Assembly: GCA_963664225.1 (NCBI GenBank)
Contig: OY760937.1
Span: forward strand, 32,001-96,000
Direction: 5' to 3'
DNA from: Verrucomicrobiia bacterium
GTDB lineage: Bacteria; Verrucomicrobiota; Verrucomicrobiia; Limisphaerales; UBA1319
DNA length: 64,000 nucleotides
The translations under genes and the position numbers were made by a program. The notes below the pieces were generated by a model. That model was not told the origin of the DNA. It ran no database searches and saw only the letters and a program-made list of their open reading frames with translations. Below, piece by piece: positions 1-9,929 of the stretch. Every line of letters begins with the position of its first letter. The stretch's first letter is position 1.

Positions 1-474
1 GATTTCACTTTTGGCAACCGCAGTCGGCGTCCACCACGCGACCGTATCAATTGTCTGCTGAGTTTTCTCTATGCTTTGGTTCGTCATGATTGTGTGACAG
101 CGCTCACCACAGTCGGTTTGGATCCATTCGTAGGTTTTCTTCATGTTGAACGTCCGAATCGCCCGTCGCTCGCCTTGGATTTGATGGAGGAGTTTCGTCC
201 CTGGCTGGCCGACCGCCTAGCGGTCACACTTATCAACCGTAAACAGGTTGGTCCTGAGCATTTCCGAGTACGTGAAGGCGGAGCAGTGGAATTCACGGAT
301 GCAGGCCGCAAATTAGTGATTCAGTCTTATCAGACTCGCAAACAGGAAACTTTGCAGCATCCATTGCTCGATCAACAGTTGCGCGTGGGCCAATTACCGT
401 TCATACAGGCGCGCATCCTCGCCCGGTTCTTGCGCGGAGATATTGCGGATTACATCCCGCTTGTGCCAAAGTGA
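1..474 (+). CDS. cas1: CRISPR-associated endonuclease Cas1, 3' part (5'-truncated by window edge), type I-C-like
   Basis: Frame open from base 1: RSRRPPRDRINCLLSFLYAL, GLDPFVGFLH..RPNRPSLALDLMEEFR (Cas1 motifs); followed by cas2 and an array. Confidence 0.95.
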   Translation, partial: DFTFGNRSRRPPRDRINCLLSFLYALVRHDCVTALTTVGLDPFVGFLHVERPNRPSLALDLMEEFRPWLADRLAVTLINRKQVGPEHFRVREGGAVEFTDAGRKLVIQSYQTRKQETLQHPLLDQQLRVGQLPFIQARILARFLRGDIADYIPLVPK

Positions 475-501
475 GGATCATCAACCCTAAACCATAAACC
501 G

Positions 502-792
502 ATGCTAATCCTCGTTACCTACGATGTTGCTACAGTGGAGAAAGCTGGACAACGGCGTTTGCGACGCGTAGCTCAGGCATGTGAGGATTACGGAGTGCGC
601 GTCCAGAAGAGCGTATTCGAGTGTCAGGTCGGCCAGACTGAATGGGTGCAACTCAAAGACCGGTTGGTCCGGGAGATCAAGGTGGATGAGGATTCGTTGC
701 GATTTTATTTTCTGAATGAAACGGCCCGGTATAAGATCGAGCATCACGGTGTGGATAAGCCGTTAGACCTCAGCGAGCCGTTAATCCTGTGA
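502..792 (+). CDS. cas2: CRISPR-associated protein Cas2 (I-C-like)
   Basis: 96 aa, MLILVTYDV...RRLRRVAQACEDYGVRVQKSVFEC...DSLRFY. Confidence 0.95.
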   Translation: MLILVTYDVATVEKAGQRRLRRVAQACEDYGVRVQKSVFECQVGQTEWVQLKDRLVREIKVDEDSLRFYFLNETARYKIEHHGVDKPLDLSEPLIL

Positions 793-978
793 GATGTTTC
801 CGCGAATCCCAAGTGTCGGGCCAAACCCGACTGTTTCGCGGAGTGTGGAAATTCCAATGCTTCCAGTGCTTTTCATGTTGCTCTTTGACAAAAACATCGC
901 TCATCGCGATGTCATATTGGCAAGTTCGCGCAAATGGTGTAGAAAGTTTTTGCAGCTCAATCGAAAGAGAGGTCTGCA
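793..978 (+). promoter_or_regulatory. CRISPR leader
   Basis: Non-coding stretch between cas2 stop and first repeat; contains CGCGAA/TTCGCG inverted motifs; the degenerate repeat is at the opposite end of the array. Confidence 0.8.
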
Positions 979-3900
979 GTCACCCCGGTTGAAAAGCCGG
1001 GGTGCGGATTGAAACAACGCGGTGGACCCGCGCATCATGCAGGCGGTGGGTCACCCCGGTTGAAAAGCCGGGGTGCGGATTGAAACTACGATGGTGGTAG
1101 CGATAACAGCTAGTCCACCCAAGTCACCCCGGTTGAAAAGCCGGGGTGCGGATTGAAACCCGTCTTGACCCACCACCCCCTTGAGAGTTTTGGGTCACCC
1201 CGGTTGAAAAGCCGGGGTGCGGATTGAAACACCGCCAAGACGATGGCGACGATAATGGCAGCGGTCGTCACCCCGGTTGAAAAGCCGGGGTGCGGATTGA
1301 AACGCTTCCCTGGCAGTCACCACGGCCTTGGCGCTGGCGGTCACCCCGGTTGAAAAGCCGGGGTGCGGATTGAAACCCCGTTTTCCAATCCGGTGTAGAG
1401 GCAACGGGATGTCACCCCGGTTGAAAAGCCGGGGTGCGGATTGAAACACCTACAAGACCCCGGCTATCATGGCACGGAACCGGTCACCCCGGTTGAAAAG
1501 CCGGGGTGCGGATTGAAACATTGACATAGAAAAAAATAGACCTCATGTCCCCTGTCACCCCGGTTGAAAAGCCGGGGTGCGGATTGAAACACCTCCTCCC
1601 CCCTCTAATTTGAGATTCACCGTCGTCACCCCGGTTGAAAAGCCGGGGTGCGGATTGAAACGTTCCCTTAGATTCCAATGGGGAACACCCTATGCTGTCA
1701 CCCCGGTTGAAAAGCCGGGGTGCGGATTGAAACATCTGTAAATAAATCCACCCCTTCTCATCCGTAATAGGTCACCCCGGTTGAAAAGCCGGGGTGCGGA
1801 TTGAAACACGTCAACCGAAAGCGAAATATCGGTATTGAAACGAGTCACCCCGGTTGAAAAGCCGGGGTGCGGATTGAAACTGATTGTTGGTTCCGGTCAC
1901 ACCGGACGCCACCCAGTCACCCCGGTTGAAAAGCCGGGGTGCGGATTGAAACGACATGCAACTGTGCGTTGGAATGGTTGTCATGTGTCACCCCGGTTGA
2001 AAAGCCGGGGTGCGGATTGAAACAAATATCAATTCCTTGGACAATATGCGCCAGAGATGTCACCCCGGTTGAAAAGCCGGGGTGCGGATTGAAACTGATA
2101 ATCCTCCCATCGATAAAGAATTGGTGCGCGTCACCCCGGTTGAAAAGCCGGGGTGCGGATTGAAACGCATGACAAGCGCGTTCTCTTCGATTGTCATCAC
2201 GTCACCCCGGTTGAAAAGCCGGGGTGCGGATTGAAACTGGAGGTAGTAATAGAGTATCACTTATTTTGTACGAGTCACCCCGGTTGAAAAGCCGGGGTGC
2301 GGATTGAAACGTAACACTCAACTGCAACGCCGCACAACTCACAAGTCACCCCGGTTGAAAAGCCGGGGTGCGGATTGAAACAATGATTCCCTCAAACTCC
2401 GCGTCCGTTCCGAAAAGTCACCCCGGTTGAAAAGCCGGGGTGCGGATTGAAACCAACTCCGCTTCGACCACTTTAAGCTCCGACTCCGCGTCACCCCGGT
2501 TGAAAAGCCGGGGTGCGGATTGAAACAAGCATTTTCGCGGGCATCGACTTTTCCGCATAGCGTCACCCCGGTTGAAAAGCCGGGGTGCGGATTGAAACAC
2601 CATCACAAGGCCGGTGCATGTACACCACAAACGGTCACCCCGGTTGAAAAGCCGGGGTGCGGATTGAAACAGATAATAATCTAGCTTTGTATTGCGTTCC
2701 TCCTCGTCACCCCGGTTGAAAAGCCGGGGTGCGGATTGAAACACCTCCAGTATTGTTTCCAGCATCCAATCCGTGCAAGTCACCCCGGTTGAAAAGCCGG
2801 GGTGCGGATTGAAACACGTCGAACACCGGATTGGTGTTGATCGCATCACGTCACCCCGGTTGAAAAGCCGGGGTGCGGATTGAAACAGCGGGACGGCCAG
2901 TGTGCAGTGCTACGCTTGGGGGTCACCCCGGTTGAAAAGCCGGGGTGCGGATTGAAACTGCCAGTCCGCCGTGCGCATTGAGGATGGGATGGGTCACCCC
3001 GGTTGAAAAGCCGGGGTGCGGATTGAAACTCCATTTACCGGCTGGCAGTCCCTGAGCGGCACGTTGTCACCCCGGTTGAAAAGCCGGGGTGCGGATTGAA
3101 ACCCAAAACCCGCGTTGGTGGTGGTGGCCTCCAGTAGGTCACCCCGGTTGAAAAGCCGGGGTGCGGATTGAAACTCCTTCCACGCCTCCAAATCCGTCAG
3201 CACCTCCACGGGTCACCCCGGTTGAAAAGCCGGGGTGCGGATTGAAACTCCGTAAAATTCAATCCATGTTCCCCCAGCTCCGGTCACCCCGGTTGAAAAG
3301 CCGGGGTGCGGATTGAAACCGCAATGTGGTGGAGGCTTACAAGTCAGAGTTGGGGTCACCCCGGTTGAAAAGCCGGGGTGCGGATTGAAACACGTTCACG
3401 GTTGCAATGGGTGATCCAAACCACACGTCACCCCGGTTGAAAAGCCGGGGTGCGGATTGAAACAACGAGAGTCAGGCGCTTGAAAAAGTGGTCAAGGGTC
3501 ACCCCGGTTGAAAAGCCGGGGTGCGGATTGAAACTTTGAAACTTTCTTTCAAACGGGTTTGGATCAGGGGTCACCCCGGTTGAAAAGCCGGGGTGCGGAT
3601 TGAAACCAGCAAACCAACGAATGGACGCCGCAACTGGAGGAGTCACCCCGGTTGAAAAGCCGGGGTGCGGATTGAAACGTGGTGAATGTGACGTTCCCTG
3701 TAAGACTCAAGGTGTCACCCCGGTTGAAAAGCCGGGGTGCGGATTGAAACGCTTGCTGCAACGTACTGGGGGATTGTCGCGCAAGGTCACCCCGGTTGAA
3801 AAGCCGGGGTGCGGATTGAAACTTGTTAACAGTTTGCACCTTCCGCAGTACGTATTGGTCACCCCGGTTGAAAAGCCGGGGTGCGGATTGAAACGTCACC

Positions 3901-4618
3901 GTCGTCACGTTGGATCCGGCGAGAACAAGTCACCCCGGTTGAAAAGCCGGGGTGCGGATTGAAACACGCGGTGTTCCTCATGGTAGTGGTGTCAATGGCG
4001 TCACCCCGGTTGAAAAGCCGGGGTGCGGATTGAAACAGCCACCATTGGTACCACCAGGCATCCACCTGGCGGTCACCCCGGTTGAAAAGCCGGGGTGCGG
4101 ATTGAAACTTTCCCAAAGTGATGTACGTCTCGGGAATTTCAGGCGTCACCCCGGTTGAAAAGCCGGGGTGCGGATTGAAACGAGAGCAGCGACGCCTCCA
4201 GGATCCCCGCGTCCAACGTCACCCCGGTTGAAAAGCCGGGGTGCGGATTGAAACCATCTTCACCAATGGCGTCATCAATGCCGACGACAAGTCACCCCGG
4301 TTGAAAAGCCGGGGTGCGGATTGAAACATTTTTTGAGCCATCCCGGATCCCACTTGCGTTCCTGTCACCCCGGTTGAAAAGCCGGGGTGCGGATTGAAAC
4401 AAAAGCCCATTAATACCAATCCTAACATGCAAAAGTCACCCCGGTTGAAAAGCCGGGGTGCGGATTGAAACACATCGCCGATTCCATGCTGATTTAACGG
4501 GTTCATGTGTCACCCCGGTTGAAAAGCCGGGGTGCGGATTGAAACTCAATATTCAGACCCCAATACGCCAGTCGTGCACGCGTCACCCCGGTTGAAAAGC
4601 CGGGGTGCGGATTGTTGC
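979..4618 (+). CRISPR. CRISPR array: 51 repeats (last degenerate), 50 spacers of about 34-37 bp
   Basis: 37-bp repeat GTCACCCCGGTTGAAAAGCCGGGGTGCGGATTGAAAC with CACCCCGG/CCGGGGTG hairpin and ATTGAAAC 3' end; period about 72 bp; last copy at 4582 ends GGATTGttgc. Confidence 0.99.
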
Positions 4619-4794
4619 CATGCAATTACGGAGAAGAGGCAAAACCTGATCGTGGCTGAGAGAATTATGGCACACAACTCTTAGGTCATGAAGCGATTTT
4701 TTGATGGCTCTATTCAGAGTCGCTTACGATGAGACATTCAAGGCAGACCGTGATTCGTCCACAAAGTCTTGTCCAACCCTTAAAAACTGTGGTC

Positions 4795-4803
4795 TGATAT
4801 AAT
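4795..4803 (+). promoter_or_regulatory. Extended -10 promoter upstream of the HTH/RuvC-like operon
   Basis: TGATATAAT matches the TGnTATAAT consensus exactly, about 135 bp upstream of ATG 4939. Confidence 0.55.
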
Positions 4804-4938
4804 GAAGGTCAAAAAGCGCCGATTTCCAAGGCGTTCCAATAAATATTGCCCCAAACGGCAAATATTCCCCCCTTTGTTCGTTTTATCATTTAGGTAATGT
4901 GGAGTTCTGAACTCTCACATTGAGTTCTTTCAAAAACA

Positions 4939-5295
4939 ATGGCCTCGCAACAACTTTCAAATTATTTGCGGACATATCGGAAGCGTTCCGCACTTTCTCA
5001 GGATGAAGTGGCGTTTCTTTTGGGTCAAAAAAGCGGAGCCAAAGTCTGCCGATACGAACGGTTTAAGCGAGAACCCGGGCTGCAAACTGTACTTGCCTAT
5101 GTGGCAATCTTCCAAAAACCTGTTTCTGATCTTTTCCCAGGTCTCTATCAAGAAATTGCCGGGAATGTGAGAGCCCGAGCCGCAAAGTTGGCCGTGCAAC
5201 TGAGTAAAAACAAATCGACCAAGGCGGCCATGCTCAAGCGCCAAACGTTAGCCACCATTGTCGACATGGTTTCAAATAATGGAAAACAAACATGA
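4939..5295 (+). CDS. XRE-family helix-turn-helix protein
   Basis: NYLRTYRKRSALSQDEVAFLLG...VCRYER..REP: HTH_XRE pattern; ATGA overlap with next gene. Confidence 0.85.
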   Translation: MASQQLSNYLRTYRKRSALSQDEVAFLLGQKSGAKVCRYERFKREPGLQTVLAYVAIFQKPVSDLFPGLYQEIAGNVRARAAKLAVQLSKNKSTKAAMLKRQTLATIVDMVSNNGKQT

Positions 5296-5855
5296 GTCGC
5301 AACAGGACAGAGCATCTCCGCGTTTTAGGAATCGCTCCATCAACGCGGGGTTTTGGCTTTGTGTTGATGGAAGGGGAGAACACGCTTGTCGATTGGGGTG
5401 TCAAAGCGGTGAAAAGAGACAAAAATGCCAGGTCACTCTCAAATGTGGCGAACCTTATTGACCTTTACAGGCCGGATGTGGTGGCCCTTGAGAATACGCG
5501 CTTAAAGGAGTCACGGCGATCTGTGAGAATAAAGGAGCTAGTCGAGGGGATTATCGTTTTGGCTAAAAGCCAAAATATTCGAGTTAAGTTGTTCTCGCCT
5601 AAGAAGTTAAAAATACAATTTCTGAATGATGAATATGGGACAAAACAGGCCATGGCTGAATCTTTGGCGGCTCGTTTTCCTGAAGAATTAGGTTTTCAAC
5701 TTCCAAAAAGACGGAGGATTTGGATGGGGCCAGATTATCGAATGGATATTTTCATTGCGGTGGCTCTAACTCGGTACTTTCTATGTGCTCGGCAAAAACC
5801 GGGTAATTCCGTTATGGTGCGAACCACAAAAGTATGTGAAGTGTGCAAAGATTGA
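5292..5855 (+). CDS. RuvC/Holliday-junction-resolvase-like (RNase H fold) protein, apparently with a degenerate active site
   Basis: RVLGIAPSTRGFGF (compare RuvC ILGIDPG...GYG), YRPDVVALE (conserved Glu), TKQAMA helix, terminal helix MDIFIAVAL. Confidence 0.65.
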   Translation: MSRNRTEHLRVLGIAPSTRGFGFVLMEGENTLVDWGVKAVKRDKNARSLSNVANLIDLYRPDVVALENTRLKESRRSVRIKELVEGIIVLAKSQNIRVKLFSPKKLKIQFLNDEYGTKQAMAESLAARFPEELGFQLPKRRRIWMGPDYRMDIFIAVALTRYFLCARQKPGNSVMVRTTKVCEVCKD

Positions 5856-6550
5856 ACGAATTACGGTTCATTTTCACATCAATCCGTCTTTGCTTCATTG
5901 ACATAACGCCACGGTGGGTTTGGAAAGCATTCTGATACACAAGAAAAGAAAATATCACATTTCGCTTCAATTCGGTGAAATATCTGTTACATCTCATTTG
6001 GAAACATTAAATAGATCACGAAAAAAGAATGGTTTAATGTCTTACTCAGGCTTAATCTCGCTAGAGAGGGCTCTCTTGGAGTCGTTAAGAATTGTTGTCG
6101 GCCAGCATTCCAATACCTCCCAGATTTGGCGTGGCAATTTCGTCGCCACGAATACCGATCCTACAAAGCCAGCAAAACATTATATAAACGTCTTTCGGTT
6201 TCCAAAGCTAAACAACTATCTCGACGATTCATTCCAACGAAACCGCAATACGGACATCAGGATAAACAGCGTTGTTGTTTATGAGTTAGTTAAAATACAT
6301 ATCAAACAACTTTCGCGTGCTGGGTGGCTGAGACATGAAAATGAAGCTGGGCAGCGTTATTCACAACACTCGCATGTCGATCATACTTTCCAAAACACGA
6401 AGAGGCTGCCCTCCTTGAAGCGAAGTTGTGGAGACTATAAAACATCACACATCGATCAAAACCATATTCGCACTTCGCGATGTGCAAATACGCTCAATCG
6501 GTTTCACTCGCTAGTTTCCAACCTGCTTGGAAGTTATCTAGTCAGCCAAA

Positions 6551-9500
6551 ATGCAAAGTCCACATAATATTATGAACAAACACACAGCCACTCCAAAAGC
6601 TGGAAAATGCAAGGCGGTGTCAGCCACTGAACTCGTCAGTATTACAAACATGTTACACAAGCAGTTGGAGTGTCTGAAGTATATTGGCGGAAAAACGACT
6701 GCGGAAAAACCTACAGGCGAAGGTGTTGACATCAATATTCTCCTACTTCCATGCCTTGCACTCGATTTTCGCCAGTACAACATTGGAAAAGGAAAGCGCG
6801 TTTGCACGGTAGGAGGGCGCGCTGCACGCATGGCCTGCGCTCTCTTACATTTACAGGATCAAGAAGATGGCACTTATCGCATACAACTATTGGCTCGCAC
6901 TGGAGAGCTCGGAAGGATATTGCTTGCCAATGAATTCACCGCAGAAAACGCCGTTCGTCACCAGCGCAACCTAAACCTTGACTTAGTCTTTACACGACCA
7001 GGAGAACCACGGTGTGTTATCTTTAAAAACAAGGGAGCGCATCCAGATTCGCCCGGCCCATTAAAAGAGAACGAACTGCGACTCGAGGATCTTAAAGATC
7101 CAAGAGTTGGGCGTGCCATTAGTCGTGCGAAGGCAATTTGCTTCACCTCCATTAAATTAGATCAACATCTCGATCTTATAGAGGAACTTGCAAACTACCT
7201 CAAACCTCAGGAGACTCCCATTTTTCTTGATCTGTTGAGATCAGGGCCAAATAGCCTTGTGGTTAAGTTGTTCACGAAGATAAAAGCTATTAAGGGTGTG
7301 CCCCCATTGCACCTATTCGTTCCAAGCGATATAACAAACAAGTTGTGTCGCCTTGCCAAAACAAAAACCATCCATGAGATGTGCCATGCTTATAACATTC
7401 GTGTTATCACATATTCCAACAATTCCTCTACATTAACTGTCACTGGTCCGAAAGGCATAGAACACTACGCTTCAGGAATAAAACCCATAAAAGGTGAAGA
7501 CATGGGAATTCGATTCAAAGCGGGTGTTGTCTTAGCTGAAAGCCTATATCAGGCGATCATAACACTGGACATCAAAAATGAATTAGGTAGTAAGATGTTG
7601 GCATTCTGGAAGGATGCTCATTGGGAAAAAGTCATAGGTTATGGCGCGGCTATGGCATCAGCGATCACTTTTGAAGCCGACAAACACGAAGGTTATTGTT
7701 CACTGGAACAGTTGGTTTGTAGGGCAGGGAATAAATCGGAACACTATCCGGACAACACGACAGTCTCCCTTGTCCGAAACGGAATGTTTCCCGAGTTTCC
7801 AGCTCCGAAACATTCGACTGAGTTTGTTCTGCATCCTGAACATATGGGAGATGCTGCCCAACTTGCCGGTTTTCGTCGTGGTTCAGCAGATGCATCGCGA
7901 ACGGCCCCTTCATTATTATATAACCCAAAACTTTCGCTGTGTGCAAAGCCCAATCCAAAATGTGACTTCTGCCCGAAAAGGAACGTTGAACCATCTACTC
8001 CTTCAGCCGCTGTTATGATCGACCTCGACAGCACTCTAATGAATTCCACCGCCGAGCGCAGAAAGGCGGTCTCGGTTGCGCTACGAAGGCTCGTCAGTTC
8101 GCTAGAGAAGATAGGCTATAATGTTGCTATTAATTATAATTCCGAAGGAAAAGAAGAGCCTCTAGGTGAATTTTTTGATAAAAATATATATTCTCTGTGG
8201 TCAGTCTTTAAGTTAATGGGCAGAGGCGATTTCCGGCAGCAATGGAATCATCATGGCTGGTACGCTTCTTTCATAATTCTTGCCCATGAGCCAGGCTTGC
8301 TAGAGGATTTAGTTAATGGCAGCAAACACTTTGTTGCTTTGTGTGAAGAAAATCCTTGGGAACAGGCGCGCGACAATTATGGCCAACAGAATATAGAGTC
8401 TTTGCAAAAAACAATTTGGTGGCAAATGTTCGCCAATAAATATGACGAAGTGCTAAAGCTATATGGTGACTTGATTAAGACTGCACAAGCAAACTTTGAG
8501 GGTGTTGAATTGACTCCGTATAAAGAGGCACGTGACTTTTTGAAATCGCTGAAGGATAGCGGGGCATTTTATTTGTATGTGGTTTCAGAAGGCGATCCAG
8601 CAACTCAATGGTTAAAGTTAAAAAGCACTGGTCTTGCTGATTTTATTGGAAGAGATCATCTTTTGACTACTGGAGAGGCCGCAGAACCGGTGAAGGAGCG
8701 GCAGCAACTTAGCGATGAACAGAATGCCATATCCAAACAATATACAGAAGCTGTCCGTCGGCAGCAATCGGCCGACCAAAGAGTTTTTGACTCAGGCGGT
8801 CTCCATAGAGTGCTCGTGGCTAGACTTCGCAATAATGAGGCTAGCGCAAGAATTGCGAGTGAATTATCGCGTCGCAGCCAAGCTGATGAGATGGAATTAC
8901 CAAGTCTTGAGGCAGCCACAAGGCGTCTTGAACTCTATCAACAAGCAATATTATTCGCCAACGCCGTTATCACTCGCATGGCGAAAAAGCGAGGCAAACC
9001 ATTTTACGCAGCAGTAGTGCGGGCGATCTTACGTAAGCCACATTCCCCTCTCAATGAGTTACGGAATTTCTCACGTCTGATGGATAAACCACGAAATCAA
9101 GAGATGATCAAATTTGCCATGATTGGAGACAGGCAAGATAATGACATTGATCCCCCATCTGAACTCTTGGGAAGAGAACATTTACTCTCCATTCGTATAC
9201 GCTCGGAGCGCGATAGCAAACAAACCAAGAATAAGGAGTTCCCGCCCAATTACATAGTCGAATCACTCGCACAAGCTAAAGCGATAATATTGAGCAAAAA
9301 TACGTGGGATCATATTTGGTGTAAAGACGCTCCACCGATATTTAACTGGCGTAATATGCCGGAGCCTGGAGGAAATAGTCGAAGTTATTTCGACAGTAGC
9401 GATAACACAGTGTGCCTTGCTGTATTGATTGCTGGAATAATATACGCAAGTCGACCAAGCTCGTTAACGAGGAAAATATGTGCTGGTGTTCTACTTGAAC

Positions 9501-9868
9501 AATTCGCATCTCAGTCAGATAAATGGCAAAATGATGGTGACGCCGATAAAGCCTTGAGTACATGCTTACAACCGCCTTTTGATGATCATGACGATTTTGA
9601 GCGCGTAGTCTTAGTAGAGCGTGTGTTGTGTGCTTTGGTATTGAGCGCACAGGTGTGCTCTGACCCATTACTGAGGCGGTTAGCAGATAGAATTGCGGTT
9701 AAAATCTCCGAACTTTATGGAGAATTGAAACGAATGCCATTGTCGACCGAGCCTATAGCGTTTGAACGAACAACTGCCTTCTTAGAAATGGGGGCCGCGT
9801 TACGTACATTTGCGGATAATGGTAGTGATTTTGCGAAGAATATCGCACGAAACGCTTTGGAAGACTAA
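6551..9868 (+). CDS. Large fusion protein: N-terminal PfkB/ribokinase-like fold plus C-terminal HAD-superfamily hydrolase
   Basis: HAD motifs IDLDSTL, VVSEGD...QWLKL, MIGDRQDNDI; PfkB-like GGRAARMACAL and MGIRFKAG...YGAAMASAI; 1105 aa ORF, AT-rich codon usage. Confidence 0.65.
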   Translation: MQSPHNIMNKHTATPKAGKCKAVSATELVSITNMLHKQLECLKYIGGKTTAEKPTGEGVDINILLLPCLALDFRQYNIGKGKRVCTVGGRAARMACALLHLQDQEDGTYRIQLLARTGELGRILLANEFTAENAVRHQRNLNLDLVFTRPGEPRCVIFKNKGAHPDSPGPLKENELRLEDLKDPRVGRAISRAKAICFTSIKLDQHLDLIEELANYLKPQETPIFLDLLRSGPNSLVVKLFTKIKAIKGVPPLHLFVPSDITNKLCRLAKTKTIHEMCHAYNIRVITYSNNSSTLTVTGPKGIEHYASGIKPIKGEDMGIRFKAGVVLAESLYQAIITLDIKNELGSKMLAFWKDAHWEKVIGYGAAMASAITFEADKHEGYCSLEQLVCRAGNKSEHYPDNTTVSLVRNGMFPEFPAPKHSTEFVLHPEHMGDAAQLAGFRRGSADASRTAPSLLYNPKLSLCAKPNPKCDFCPKRNVEPSTPSAAVMIDLDSTLMNSTAERRKAVSVALRRLVSSLEKIGYNVAINYNSEGKEEPLGEFFDKNIYSLWSVFKLMGRGDFRQQWNHHGWYASFIILAHEPGLLEDLVNGSKHFVALCEENPWEQARDNYGQQNIESLQKTIWWQMFANKYDEVLKLYGDLIKTAQANFEGVELTPYKEARDFLKSLKDSGAFYLYVVSEGDPATQWLKLKSTGLADFIGRDHLLTTGEAAEPVKERQQLSDEQNAISKQYTEAVRRQQSADQRVFDSGGLHRVLVARLRNNEASARIASELSRRSQADEMELPSLEAATRRLELYQQAILFANAVITRMAKKRGKPFYAAVVRAILRKPHSPLNELRNFSRLMDKPRNQEMIKFAMIGDRQDNDIDPPSELLGREHLLSIRIRSERDSKQTKNKEFPPNYIVESLAQAKAIILSKNTWDHIWCKDAPPIFNWRNMPEPGGNSRSYFDSSDNTVCLAVLIAGIIYASRPSSLTRKICAGVLLEQFASQSDKWQNDGDADKALSTCLQPPFDDHDDFERVVLVERVLCALVLSAQVCSDPLLRRLADRIAVKISELYGELKRMPLSTEPIAFERTTAFLEMGAALRTFADNGSDFAKNIARNALED

Positions 9869-9929
9869 TGGTCTATTGTAACTTGATTTAGTAGATGGGA
9901 CATTTAAGGGCGACATAATGTAATCAAAA

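Noticed and set aside
1808..1843. Spacer containing ATTGAAAC, identical to the repeat 3' end
   Set aside because: A single 8-bp match in a normal-length spacer is plausibly chance.
789..4506. Many short ORFs with repeated FQSAPRLFNRGD / VTPVEKPGCGLK peptides
   Set aside because: They are translations of the CRISPR repeats and leader.
979..4618. Self-targeting spacers or anti-repeat/tracrRNA within the window
   Set aside because: None found by eye; an alignment is needed to exclude them.
5292..5855. RuvC-like gene as a miniature Cas12/TnpB effector
   Set aside because: It is only 187 aa with a contiguous RuvC-like fold and no zinc finger or REC/WED region, and the adjacent cas1/cas2 and repeat look class 1.
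5914..6567. 217-aa plus-strand ORF
   Set aside because: No recognisable motif and a weak start. The opposite strand reads like a stop-riddled hydrophobic remnant, so it may be a shadow; neither reading can be supported.
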